Positions 29,934 through 39,470 of a stretch of 64,000 nucleotides of DNA are shown in pieces (position 1 is the stretch's first letter; each line of letters begins with the position of its first letter). A model generated the notes under the pieces. That model saw only the letters and a program-made list of their open reading frames with translations, was not told where the DNA came from and made no database searches. Both the position numbers and the translations under genes were made by a program. This DNA is from Deltaproteobacteria bacterium (GTDB taxonomy: Bacteria; Myxococcota; Kuafuiibacteriia; Kuafuiibacteriales; Kuafuiibacteriaceae). Location of the stretch: assembly GCA_040218735.1 (NCBI GenBank), contig JAVJQW010000067.1:224559-288558 (forward strand). Direction: 5' to 3'.

Positions 29934-32270
29934 CTACGCGACGCTGCTGTACAGCTCGGATTCCAGGGCTCGCACGGCCTCGATGTACGCGTCCTTCCCG
30001 CCGAAGCTCTCGACCAGCTCGTACGCGGTGCCCAACTCCGACAGCGGGCGAACGCGAAGCACGCCGAGGTCCTCGACGCTAGGCAGGCCCTCATCGGCGT
30101 ACTTGTCGAGCAACGCGTCCAACACGCGCCGAGCCTGCTCGCCGTACTTCGTGAACACGTCCCGCTTGCGCACGTTCTCGGCGCGCTCACGCCGCGTCTT
30201 CGGGGGCTGTCCGTAGACGACGTGGCAGATCAAGTCGAAGGCGTCGTGGTCCCTGCCGACTTGCTCGTGTAGCTCTTCGAGGAGGAGCCCTTGCTCTCGC
30301 AGCTCGTCGATCACGGCCGCCTTCCGGTCGGCGCTGGACCAGCGCTGGAGGAAGTCGTTCAACGTGGCGTACTGCTCCTTGATCGTGTCGCGCGTGTACG
30401 CCTTCAGCGACTCCGTGATCAGCTTTCCGTCCTTGCCATAGAACTGCACCCGCTCGGCGACGACCGAGACCGTGACCCCGCTGACCACGTACTTCTTCGT
30501 TGGCTCGGTGGGATCGCCGGGCTCATCACCGCCGCCATCCGGGCCCGGCTCATCGGGCGGCACCGGCGAGCCGCCGCCGTCGGGCGCGAAGATGATCACG
30601 GGCTCCCCGTCGAAGTCCGGATCCGCGAACTTCTCCGTGGCTCGCTTGAAGTCCATGATCGTGAACCACAGCTTGCCCGCGTCCTCGTGGATGCGCGTGC
30701 CCCGGCCGACGATCTGCTTGAACTCGATCATCGACTCGATGCGCTGGTCGAGAACGATCAACTTGCACGTCTTCGCGTCGACACCCGTCGACAGCAGCTT
30801 CGAGGTCGTCGCGATCACGGGGTAGCGATGCTCGGGGTGGATGAAGTCGTCCAGCGCCCGCTTGCCCTCCTCGTTGTCGCCCGTGATCCGCACGACGAAC
30901 TTGCTCGTGTTGTCGGCCTCCTTCGGCATCTTGGACGCGACCTCGTTCACCAGGGCCGTCCGCATCCGGGCGGCGTGGTCGATGTTCTCGCAGAACACGA
31001 TGGTCTTGGCGTACGGGTCGGTCCCGAGAAGGTACGCGACGATCTTCTCGGCGACGCGCTTCGTACGTTCGTTGAGCACCAACACCCTGTCCATGTCGCG
31101 TTGGTTGTAGATGCGGTCCTCGACCTCCTGATCGAGGTCGTCGAGCATCCCCTTCGGAGGGCGCCACCCCTGGAGATCGCGATCGATGTCGATGCGCACG
31201 ACCTTGTAGGGCGCGAGGAAGCCGTCGTCGATCCCCTGCTTGAGGCTGTACTCGTAGACCGGGTTGCCGAAGTACGTGAGGGTCGAGACGTCCTTGGTCT
31301 CCTTCGGCGTGGCCGTAAGTCCGAGGTGGATCGCGCTGTCGAAGTAGTCGAGGACCTCCCGCCACGCACTGCTCTCCCGTGCGCTCCCGCGGTGGCACTC
31401 GTCGATGACCACCAAGTCGAAGAAGTCGGGGGAGAACTGCTTGTAGACGTTCTTCTCCTCCTCCGTGCCCGAGACGGCCTGGTAGAGCGCGAGATAGACC
31501 TCGTACGACGGATCCATGTTGCGGTTCTTGACCTTGGTCATGACCCCGCCAAACGGCTTGAAGTCGTTCGTGATGGTCTGGTCGGCGAGGATGTTGCGGT
31601 CCACGAGGAACAGCACGCGCTTGACCCGCTGGGCCTTCCACAGGCGCCAGATGATCTGGAAGACGGTGAACGTCTTGCCGGTGCCGGTGGCCATCACCAA
31701 CAGGAGCCGGTTGTCGCCCTTGGAGACCGCCTCGACGGTCCGCTGGACTGCGATTCGCTGGTAGTAGCGGACTTCCTTGCCGGACGCGTCCTCGTGGAAG
31801 GGCTGGCGAGCAAGAGCCTCGCTCTCTTCGGTCAGGCCCTTCCAGGCGCGGTAGCGGGCCCAGAGATCGTCGGGCGACGGGAACGCGTCGAGACTCAGCA
31901 CCTGCTCGATCGGCTCCGTCTGGCCGGTGCGGTCATGGAAGAGGAACGCGTCGCCGTTCGAGCTGAACACGAAGGGCACGTCGAGCGTCTCGGCGTAGGC
32001 AAGCGCCTGCTCCATGCCGCCGCCGACCGGGTGTTTGTTGTCTTTCGCCTCGACGATCGCGAGGGGGAGTTGCGCCGTGTGGAACAGCAAGTAGTCGGCG
32101 CGCTTCTGCTTGCCACGCACCGCGACCTGGCCTCGCACGATCACCCGGCCCGCGGTGAAGCTGTACTCGCGGCGTATCTGCGTCTGCTTGTCCCAGCCCG
32201 CCTGGGTGATCGCGGGCGTGATGAAGTTCTGGCAGACCTCGGTTTCGTTCATCTCCGACTTGATGATCAC
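29934..32270 (-). CDS. hsdR: type I restriction endonuclease subunit R (EcoAI/EcoEI-like)
   Basis: ADYLL..VEAK nuclease motif, MATGTGKT, DECHRG, LTATP, QIVGRGTR, EcoEI_R_C-like tail. Confidence 0.96.
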   Translation of the reverse strand: MIIKSEMNETEVCQNFITPAITQAGWDKQTQIRREYSFTAGRVIVRGQVAVRGKQKRADYLLFHTAQLPLAIVEAKDNKHPVGGGMEQALAYAETLDVPFVFSSNGDAFLFHDRTGQTEPIEQVLSLDAFPSPDDLWARYRAWKGLTEESEALARQPFHEDASGKEVRYYQRIAVQRTVEAVSKGDNRLLLVMATGTGKTFTVFQIIWRLWKAQRVKRVLFLVDRNILADQTITNDFKPFGGVMTKVKNRNMDPSYEVYLALYQAVSGTEEEKNVYKQFSPDFFDLVVIDECHRGSARESSAWREVLDYFDSAIHLGLTATPKETKDVSTLTYFGNPVYEYSLKQGIDDGFLAPYKVVRIDIDRDLQGWRPPKGMLDDLDQEVEDRIYNQRDMDRVLVLNERTKRVAEKIVAYLLGTDPYAKTIVFCENIDHAARMRTALVNEVASKMPKEADNTSKFVVRITGDNEEGKRALDDFIHPEHRYPVIATTSKLLSTGVDAKTCKLIVLDQRIESMIEFKQIVGRGTRIHEDAGKLWFTIMDFKRATEKFADPDFDGEPVIIFAPDGGGSPVPPDEPGPDGGGDEPGDPTEPTKKYVVSGVTVSVVAERVQFYGKDGKLITESLKAYTRDTIKEQYATLNDFLQRWSSADRKAAVIDELREQGLLLEELHEQVGRDHDAFDLICHVVYGQPPKTRRERAENVRKRDVFTKYGEQARRVLDALLDKYADEGLPSVEDLGVLRVRPLSELGTAYELVESFGGKDAYIEAVRALESELYSSVA

Positions 32271-32290
32271 GGGCAGACCTCCAAGAGGTC

Positions 32291-32905
32291 ATGAGCGCCA
32301 TCGCAAGTCGCGGGAGTGACCAGAGCCCGAAGGATTCCGAGCACGCAACGGAGACCCATCCAAGTGCCAACGTCGCTGGTCTGGCGGGTGGGATCAAGTC
32401 TGTGGCCCAAGCCGACTTGCGCCGACTTACGGTCTGCGCCCAGAACCTACCCGTGGACCTCCGCGAGGCCGCCCGCCGCACTTACGTGATCGACGATTTC
32501 GACCGGTGGGACGAAGCGGTTCACCAGGCAGCATGTGACTTCGAATCGACGTTTGGCGCGTACCCGGCCCGGGCGGCCTTGCATCCGAGCACCTTGCGGC
32601 AGTTCGGATCCCGCGCAAGCCCCGAGCAACTCCGCGACGAGGACGGCGCCAGGCCGAACGAGCTGGACCTCGAGCTCCCGGGCGAACTCCGCGCCGAAGT
32701 TCGGGAATCGGCCGAGGCCGTCCCACTCCCGGACTTGAACGATGAGGAGGACGAGACGCAGCAGCAGACGATCGAGATCAATCCGACGCTGGTCTCCGCT
32801 CGATGCTCGGTCGATCACGATCGGAGCCTGCAGCCCCCTACGGACATCCCGCAACTAGGGCACGGGACGACTTGCTCCCGAGCAAGAACGACCTGGCGCA
32901 AGTAG
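32291..32905 (+). CDS. hypothetical protein (true start possibly GTG ~32453)
   Basis: Open frame; segment TYVIDDFDRWDEAVHQAACDFESTFGAYP looks protein-like; 5' part overlaps a repeated-motif region. Confidence 0.35.
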   Translation: MSAIASRGSDQSPKDSEHATETHPSANVAGLAGGIKSVAQADLRRLTVCAQNLPVDLREAARRTYVIDDFDRWDEAVHQAACDFESTFGAYPARAALHPSTLRQFGSRASPEQLRDEDGARPNELDLELPGELRAEVRESAEAVPLPDLNDEEDETQQQTIEINPTLVSARCSVDHDRSLQPPTDIPQLGHGTTCSRARTTWRK

Positions 32906-33916
32906 TCAGATGCTGTGCGTGGTTACGCGTCCGGCCCTGAGCAGCTCAAGCCATTGAGCCGACACCGCAGTGCTGTAGCCAAGGCCCTGGATGAGGTCCC
33001 TCTCGTGCTCCGCCAACGACGGGAAGAGATTCTCGGAGATGATCCCCACTACACGGCCGCGCCGATCCAGAACCGGCCCCCCGGAGTTTCCGCCCCGGAC
33101 GAGCGAGGACAGGACAAGATTCTCCGGCCGGTTGTGATACGACTGCGCGATTGCTGCAATCTCGGCCCGATGAGCGACCATCGTCGGATGCGCGTTTGGA
33201 ATCGGAGGGAAGCCGAGAACCACGACCTCTTCGAGTAGGTTCACACCATTCGCCGACGGGGCAAGGCGTTGCCTCTGTTGCGCCGGCAAGTGCACCAAGC
33301 CGATGTCCAGGTGCATATCGTCAACCGGATCTGCGACCGTCAATCCCTGGGCGGCCAACGAGTCCTGTTCACCGTCGAACTGCACGTGGATTGTTCCATG
33401 CTGTGCCAGGCCGTCGATAACGTGCGCGGCGGTCACCAGCAGATCGGGTCGCCACAGAAAGCCACTGCCTGCCCCCTCATGTCCCGGCACGTGCAGGAGC
33501 GCAGTAGCGGCACGCCGACTCCGCACCACACTCGCGGGCCCCTCGATGAACATCTGGTGCGAGCCCTCGGTGACGAGCTCCAACCCCAGAGCGGTGATCA
33601 TCCGAAACTCGGTGTTCGGTGCGTCATCCGCAACAGCGGGTGCGATCAGGTCGTGACGAAGAAGAACCGCGAACGTCCGCTGCAGAGTGCCACGGACTTG
33701 CTGGGCACTGCGCCCTTGCGCGAGACAGCGCTCCAAATGCCCGCGCGTGATCATGCTCGGGAAGAACGGGTCGCGCGGATCGTGGGCGCCGGGAGACGCC
33801 TGTCCGCGGTAGTTCACGCGAGACCATGCTTGCTGCATGGAGCCGTCGTTCAGCTGCTTCGCAGCTAGGAACTCCAGCACGGCTCCCTCCGGATCAGAAT
33901 CGAAGTTCAGGGGCAC
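32906..33916 (-). CDS. cytoplasmic trypsin-like (S1) serine protease with ~120-aa N-terminal domain
   Basis: GSGF, TAAHV (His), DIGL (Asp), GFP, GGNSGGP (Ser); no signal peptide, no PDZ. Confidence 0.88.
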   Translation of the reverse strand: MPLNFDSDPEGAVLEFLAAKQLNDGSMQQAWSRVNYRGQASPGAHDPRDPFFPSMITRGHLERCLAQGRSAQQVRGTLQRTFAVLLRHDLIAPAVADDAPNTEFRMITALGLELVTEGSHQMFIEGPASVVRSRRAATALLHVPGHEGAGSGFLWRPDLLVTAAHVIDGLAQHGTIHVQFDGEQDSLAAQGLTVADPVDDMHLDIGLVHLPAQQRQRLAPSANGVNLLEEVVVLGFPPIPNAHPTMVAHRAEIAAIAQSYHNRPENLVLSSLVRGGNSGGPVLDRRGRVVGIISENLFPSLAEHERDLIQGLGYSTAVSAQWLELLRAGRVTTHSI

Positions 33917-34149
33917 GGCCCGAAGCTGAGCACGACCCGCTCAACGACAAGCGCCTGGTGCCACATTTCGGTCTGATGTTCCCGCGTCAGCACTGAGCGC
34001 GCGTTGTGCTCGTCCGATGTTCCGAATGGAATCCGCCTTCCGCTGCCGTTTCCGGGCAAAGGCTGGCGATCCGCCTTCGTCTAGGCCGCTCGCGGTGCCC
34101 ACCCGACGACCGCGTTGACTCCGCGGCTTCGTGTAGTACTACTACCTTC

Positions 34150-35796
34150 ATGGCGGAAGAGCTCGTCCTGATCCTGCGCTTCCGAGACCTCGTCAATCCA
34201 ACGAAGGGCCACACCGTCGATGAGCACAACGAAGTGACCCGCAATGCCGGTTACGTCTGGTGGGGCTGGTGGAAGAAGCAGAACGAGGAGGTGCCCGTCG
34301 GCCTATGGAGCCAACTGGCCCGACAGATCGACAACGACGGAGCACGGGCGATTCTCCTCGACAGCGGCCAGCGGCGCCTCTTCGAAGCCCCGTTGCTCGC
34401 CATCGACTTCAAGCCGAACGTTGAACCGTTCACGGCTCCAGAGGACGGCCAAAAGACGTCCGCCTACTATGCCGGCGGGCCTTTTACGACATGGTTCAAG
34501 CTGGGCGAGATTCGCCCGCTTGCGGAGGCCGCGCTGAATGACCTGGTGTATGCCAAGGCGTCCGACATCGACAGCATCACGCACGACGATATCGTGCCGA
34601 CGTTCCCGCAGCTTGAAGGGACGCGCATCGTCAACGTGCGTGAGCTTCTCCAGTTTGGCAACGTCACGTACTGGATCGCAAAGCCGGCGCCCGACGGCAC
34701 TCCTGCGGTCGAGCAAGAGCGGATCTTCCCTCGGACACGGCTTGCACCGATCGCTCCGAAGGAGCCGGTCTTTGCCAACCTTCCTCGGATTCTCCACCTG
34801 AGTGATCCTCATCTTCACCCCGACTACCACCAGTTCAGCATCGGTGATGCGGACGCTCAGAACCCGACGCTTGCGTCGATCGTCTACGAGTCCCTGAAGC
34901 CGAAGGCACTCCCGGGTCTTGTAGTCGTCACCGGCGACCTTACATGGACCGGCACGAAGGAGGAGTTCGAGTTCGCGCGCGACTTTCTCGAAGACCTGCG
35001 GGCGCAACTTGGATTGCAGCGCGACCACTTCGTACTTCTCCCGGGCAACCACGACATTCAATGGAGCGAGCAATCAACGTCCGAATACGACTGGTCCAAA
35101 CCCGTTCGCGTTGCGGCTGACGTCGCGAAGGCGAACTATCGCGAGTTCCTGCAGCGCTGGTATCGGGTAGAGCCCAACCAATATCTGGCCGTCGGACGCC
35201 GCTACTTCGTCCGGGGCGCACCGACCCTCGATGTTGTTGGGCTCAACACCTCGGAGCTCCAGCAGGACCGGAATCACTTCGCGGGCCTCGGACGGGTGAC
35301 GGATGAGGCCTTTTCCCATGCTGTCGAGGAGATGAGCTGGTCAGAGGACATCCGCGGCGCGCAGCTCCGCGTGCTTGCGGTCCATCACCACATCCTCCCG
35401 GTGGTGCTGCAGGAGCGCGCAAGCGACTCGCCGCGCGGATTCGGCATTTCGCTGGACGCGGGGCTTCAGATTCGAAGAGCCGCGGAGTTCGGTGTCGACC
35501 TGGTGGTTCACGGCCATCAGCATCACCCGCACTACGGATACGTGAGGTCTGAACCGAAGCCCAACAGCCCAAGCAGGGGAGTCCTGGTCCTCGGGGCTGG
35601 AAGCTGCGGGGTCCGAGACGACCACCTCGGTCCTATCCGGAAGCGGCAATTCAACCTCATCACACTTCATCGGAACGCGGTCGAAGTTGATTCTTATGTC
35701 CAGGAATCGGGCGACAACCGATTCAGACCAACTCGCAAGCTGGTCGGCTCGACGGCAGCGGGCTGGCAACTGCCGCAGAACGAAAGGTCGCAGTAG
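34150..35796 (+). CDS. calcineurin-like metallophosphoesterase with N-terminal aromatic-rich (putative PUA/EVE/YTH-like) domain
   Basis: All five motifs: LHLSDPH, VTGDLT, PGNHD, VHHH, HGHQH; N-terminal ~190 aa containing HNEVTRNAGYVWWGWWKK. Confidence 0.88.
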   Translation: MAEELVLILRFRDLVNPTKGHTVDEHNEVTRNAGYVWWGWWKKQNEEVPVGLWSQLARQIDNDGARAILLDSGQRRLFEAPLLAIDFKPNVEPFTAPEDGQKTSAYYAGGPFTTWFKLGEIRPLAEAALNDLVYAKASDIDSITHDDIVPTFPQLEGTRIVNVRELLQFGNVTYWIAKPAPDGTPAVEQERIFPRTRLAPIAPKEPVFANLPRILHLSDPHLHPDYHQFSIGDADAQNPTLASIVYESLKPKALPGLVVVTGDLTWTGTKEEFEFARDFLEDLRAQLGLQRDHFVLLPGNHDIQWSEQSTSEYDWSKPVRVAADVAKANYREFLQRWYRVEPNQYLAVGRRYFVRGAPTLDVVGLNTSELQQDRNHFAGLGRVTDEAFSHAVEEMSWSEDIRGAQLRVLAVHHHILPVVLQERASDSPRGFGISLDAGLQIRRAAEFGVDLVVHGHQHHPHYGYVRSEPKPNSPSRGVLVLGAGSCGVRDDHLGPIRKRQFNLITLHRNAVEVDSYVQESGDNRFRPTRKLVGSTAAGWQLPQNERSQ

Positions 35797-35797
35797 C

Positions 35798-36211
35798 ATG
35801 AAATGGACTCTAGTCATTCTTGAGACCCCCTTCCGTGGAGCCGGCTCGTCACCGGAAGAGCGCGCGGCGGATGAGGCGCGGAAGGTGAGCTATGCGCGCG
35901 CTTGCATGCGCGATTGCCTGCTGCGCCACGAGGCACCGTACGCCTCACACCTTTTGTACACCCAGCCAGGCGTGCTCGATGATCGTCTCGCCTCCGAGCG
36001 TTCCATGGGAATCGATGCCGGCCTTGCTTGGGGAGAAGTGGCTCAGCGAACCGTCGTGTACGAGGACCTCGGTATTTCGGAGGGGATGCATCTCGGAATC
36101 GAACGCGCGAGACGTGAAGGGCGTAAGGTCGAGTTCAGAACACTCCCAGACTTTGATGTCCGCGAGGACGACAGAACCGACGAGCCCGCGAAACAGGCTT
36201 CCGCAACCTGA
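35798..36211 (+). CDS. small nucleoside 2-deoxyribosyltransferase-like protein (DUF7768/DUF4406-like)
   Basis: VILETPFRG..YARACMRDCLLRHEAPYASHLLYTQ..LDD..ERSMGIDAG..W..DLGISEGM; starts 1 nt after the phosphoesterase stop. Confidence 0.75.
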   Translation: MKWTLVILETPFRGAGSSPEERAADEARKVSYARACMRDCLLRHEAPYASHLLYTQPGVLDDRLASERSMGIDAGLAWGEVAQRTVVYEDLGISEGMHLGIERARREGRKVEFRTLPDFDVREDDRTDEPAKQASAT

Positions 36212-36348
36212 GGGCCCTGGGGCCACGATTGGGCCACTGCATCGCGACAGTCGTGACGAATCGGAACGTGTGGCCCAGCCTGACTGGACATCCAGCCGCG
36301 CAAGTACACAATATGGCTGAGCTGAAAGCCAGGCAAGCATGGGAACCG

Positions 36349-36395
36349 TGAATGGCATTCAAGAGGTCGTCGGTTCGATCCCGATTGGCTCCACT
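36349..36395 (+). repeat. attR core (47-bp tRNA-Ala 3' fragment)
   Basis: Identical to 25201-25247; upstream sequence is not tRNA-like. Confidence 0.95.
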
Positions 36396-36400
36396 CGAAT

Positions 36401-36442
36401 AGGCTCTTGGAATCAATCGGATTCCAGGAGCCTTCGTCGTTT
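36401..36442. terminator. hairpin after attR (probable original tRNA terminator)
   Basis: AGGCTCTTGGAATC-AATCG-GATTCCAGGAGCCT followed by TCGTCGTTT. Confidence 0.6.
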
Positions 36443-37345
36443 CGGGGGTCGCCGCGCCTTCAGGAAGTCCACGAATGCCCGCAGCGGTGGGGGCGCGTGA
36501 AGGCGGCTCGAGTAATAGAGGAACGGCCCCGGGAAGCTCATCCACCATGGCTTCAGCAGCGGCACGAGCGCGCCGGTCTCGAAGTGCGGACGTAATAGCT
36601 CCTCGGTGAGGTAGAGGACGCCGGTCCCCGCGACGGCCGCGGCGACGAGGAGATCGAACGCGTCGCCGAGGTTGGCGACGACCGGACCCGTCGCGTCCAC
36701 CCTCAGGACCTCGCCCTTCCGCTCGAACTCCCACGGCACCAGCGCCCCCGAGTCGAACCGGACGCGTAGGCAGGGGTGCTTCAGGAGGTCGCGTGGGTGC
36801 TTGGGGCGCCCGCGACGCGCGAGGTAGTTCGGGGACGCGGCGAGCGCGAAGCGTTGCCGGCGGGGGCCGATCGGCACCGCGATCATGTCCTGCTCCAAGG
36901 ACTGCTCGTAGCGAACTCCGGCGTCACACCCCGCGGCGATCACGTCGACGAGGTCGTCGTTCGCCGTGACGTCCACGCGAATCTTCGGATGCTCCGCGAG
37001 GAACGCTGGCAAGACGTCGGGCAACACGACGCGCGCCACGAGTGTCGGCACGTTGAGTCGCAGCGTGCCGGCGGGATCCGTGCTCGAGCTCTCGGCTTCG
37101 TCGAGCGCGGCGGCGATTTCTGCGAGCGCGGGCTCGAGTCGCGCCAGCAGCCGAGCGCCCGCCTCGGTAGGCGCGACCGAACGCGTCGTTCGGTTGAGGA
37201 GCCGAACACCGATGCCCTCCTCCAGACGTCGCACCGCCTCGCTCGCGCCCGACGCGCTCTTGTCGCTGGCACGACTCGCCTGACGGAAGCCCCGGGCCTG
37301 GGCCACCGCCGCAAAGGTCTTCACGTCATCGAGGCTGATCGTCAT
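36413..37345 (-). CDS. LysR family transcriptional regulator (CrgA-like)
   Basis: N-terminal HTH ..VRRLEEGIGVRLLNRTTRSVAPTEAG, GTLRLNVP, DAGVR. Confidence 0.95.
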   Translation of the reverse strand: MTISLDDVKTFAAVAQARGFRQASRASDKSASGASEAVRRLEEGIGVRLLNRTTRSVAPTEAGARLLARLEPALAEIAAALDEAESSSTDPAGTLRLNVPTLVARVVLPDVLPAFLAEHPKIRVDVTANDDLVDVIAAGCDAGVRYEQSLEQDMIAVPIGPRRQRFALAASPNYLARRGRPKHPRDLLKHPCLRVRFDSGALVPWEFERKGEVLRVDATGPVVANLGDAFDLLVAAAVAGTGVLYLTEELLRPHFETGALVPLLKPWWMSFPGPFLYYSSRLHAPPPLRAFVDFLKARRPPKRRRLLESD

Positions 37346-37420
37346 TGTTCGGAATTTCGCACAAGCTGTACCGAAAAGACCTCATTAACAGACAGTTCTC
37401 CGCCCCTCATGCTTCTTCGC

Positions 37421-38293
37421 ATGACGAAGATCCACCCACCGCAGACCTTCAGAATCGGCGATCGCGGCGATCGGACCGTGCACCGCCTCGGCTACGGAGC
37501 GATGCAGCTCGCGGGCCCAGGCGTCCTCGGACCGCCCAAGGACCGAGCCGCGGCCATCGCGGTCTTGCGCAAAGCCGTCGAGCTCGGCGTCGACCACATC
37601 GACACGAGCGACATCTACGGCCCTCACGTGACCAACCAGCTGATCCGGGAAGCACTCCAGCCCTACCCGGCGGAGCTACTCATCGCGACCAAGGTCGGCG
37701 CCCGGCGAGGCCCCGGAGGTTCGTGGGAGTCCGCTTGCACGGCGGACGACATCGCCGAGCAAGTGCACGACAACCTGAAGAACCTGGCGTTGGAGACGCT
37801 CGAGCTCGTGTACCTCCGCGCGATGTTCGACCCGCAGCGGCCCTCCGAGGGCTCCCTCGAAGCGCCGCTCGCCGCCCTCGTGAAGCTCCAGGAGCAGGGC
37901 AAAGTCGGGCACATCGGGCTTAGCAACGTCACGCCGAAGCAGGTCGAGGACGCGCGCGCCATGGCGGAGGTCGTGGCCGTTCAGAACCACTACAACCTGA
38001 TCCATCGCGTCGACGATGCGTGGATCGACGACCTCGCGGAGGCAAAGATCGCGTACGTGCCGTTCTTCCCGCTCGGTGGCTTCACCCCGATTCAGTCCGA
38101 GCAATTGTCTCAGGTCGCCGAGTCGGTGGGGGCGACGCCGCACCAGGTCGCCCTCGCCTGGCTCCTCCGACGCGCGTCGAACGTGCTCTTGATCCCGGGC
38201 ACCGCGAGCGTCGAACACCTCCGCGAGAACCTCGCCGCGTCTACGCTCGTACTGCCGAGCGACGCACTGACGCGCCTCGACGCGCTGTCCTGA
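37421..38293 (+). CDS. aldo/keto reductase
   Basis: RLGYGAMQL, DTSDIYG, IATKVG, HIGLSNV, QVALAWLL, LIPGT; divergent from LysR. Confidence 0.95.
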   Translation: MTKIHPPQTFRIGDRGDRTVHRLGYGAMQLAGPGVLGPPKDRAAAIAVLRKAVELGVDHIDTSDIYGPHVTNQLIREALQPYPAELLIATKVGARRGPGGSWESACTADDIAEQVHDNLKNLALETLELVYLRAMFDPQRPSEGSLEAPLAALVKLQEQGKVGHIGLSNVTPKQVEDARAMAEVVAVQNHYNLIHRVDDAWIDDLAEAKIAYVPFFPLGGFTPIQSEQLSQVAESVGATPHQVALAWLLRRASNVLLIPGTASVEHLRENLAASTLVLPSDALTRLDALS

Positions 38294-38299
38294 GGAGCG

Positions 38300-39079
38300 C
38301 TACCTCTTCTGCGCCTGCTGCGCGCGCAGCGCCCGCAGCTTGCGGGCCTCGGCGGTCTCCGCGTCCTCGATCTCCTCGTAGGCCTTCGCCGTGAGATCCA
38401 ACTCCTGCAGGACCGCCTCCAGCTTGCCGCGCGCGTGGGCCTTGTCGGGCCCCGCGGTCAGACGGCGGACATCTTCGAGGCGGCTCAGCAGCCGCTGCGC
38501 GTCCTGGGTGATCTGCTCCGCCTCGCGCTGCCGCGCGACGACGGCGTGGCGGACGTCGTCGACGCTCTGCTTCACCACCGAGGAGTTGCTCGATCGACCG
38601 AGCTTGCGTAGCTCCCGCAGGAGCTTCGCCTTCGTCTCGGCGGTGTGGAAGAGCCGGTCGCGCACGACGTCGAGGTCCACCGCGGCGTCGACGGCGATCG
38701 TCTCTTGGGCGAGCTCCGGTTCTTCGAGGGTCGACTTGATCTGCACGTAGCAGGCGTCGAACGCCGACAGCACCTCGTGGATGTTGCGGTCGAGCTTCAC
38801 GCCCTCGAGCTTCGCCTTCGCGATCAGCTCGTGCTCCGCGCGACGCTCCAGCCGACGCCGACGCGTCAAGCGACGCACGAGGCCCGCAAGCAGCCCCACC
38901 GCGATCGCGCCGCCGCTCACCGACATCAACGTCGGGGCGGAGAAGAGGTACCCCATCAGCAGGAGGAACGACCAACCGAACGTCCAACCCGCGAGGAACA
39001 GCACCGCGAAGACGCGCTTGAGCCGCTCCCACACGCCCGCCGCGGCGAATTCGATTCGCCCCTCGAGATCGTCGACCAC
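38300..39079 (-). CDS. hypothetical two-TM protein with coiled-coil C-terminus
   Basis: GTG 39079; two hydrophobic segments followed by a helical charged region. Confidence 0.65.
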   Translation of the reverse strand: MVDDLEGRIEFAAAGVWERLKRVFAVLFLAGWTFGWSFLLLMGYLFSAPTLMSVSGGAIAVGLLAGLVRRLTRRRRLERRAEHELIAKAKLEGVKLDRNIHEVLSAFDACYVQIKSTLEEPELAQETIAVDAAVDLDVVRDRLFHTAETKAKLLRELRKLGRSSNSSVVKQSVDDVRHAVVARQREAEQITQDAQRLLSRLEDVRRLTAGPDKAHARGKLEAVLQELDLTAKAYEEIEDAETAEARKLRALRAQQAQKR

Positions 39080-39137
39080 GTCGAGCGCAGTCGACGGCCG
39101 ACCGGGCCGGGAGTCAACCCGCCTCCGTGAGCTGGGG

Positions 39138-39470
39138 CTACATCGGGTAGTCGTCGTCGTCGGCGACCCGGATGAGGTTCGCGTCCGGCGGGAGGATCTG
39201 GTCGAGGTAGCGGTTGACCTCGTCCTCGGTGCGAAAGCCGCGGGAGTCGAAGAGCGGGAGCTCATCCGCCGAGGCGTCGTACTCACGCTCCATCATCTCG
39301 ATGGGGTACTCGAAGTGGAGAACGCCGAACCCGCTGATCGCGTCGCCCTCCATGGAGACGCCGACGTTCACCCAGGCCCGGCAGCCGGGATGCTTGGCGG
39401 GGATCTCGACGCAGAGGTCGTGTCGGGTTTCAAGGGCGTCCCTGAGCTCAGGGGAGATTCGTCGCGCCAC
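39138..39470 (-). CDS. small acidic protein, putative immunity protein
   Basis: GTG 39470 with GGAG RBS (alternative ATG 39506); overlaps the 3' end of the upstream toxin-like gene; very acidic, ends DDDDYPM. Confidence 0.6.
   Translation of the reverse strand: MARRISPELRDALETRHDLCVEIPAKHPGCRAWVNVGVSMEGDAISGFGVLHFEYPIEMMEREYDASADELPLFDSRGFRTEDEVNRYLDQILPPDANLIRVADDDDYPM

Noticed and set aside
26684-30190. 1168-aa ORF suggesting a giant HsdS fusion
   Set aside because: The 5' half is an alternative-frame read-through of hsdM; real hsdS begins at GTG 28378 overlapping the hsdM stop
36349-36395. Possible second tRNA-Ala
   Set aside because: Only the 3' 47 nt are present, with no acceptor 5' strand or D arm; it is attR
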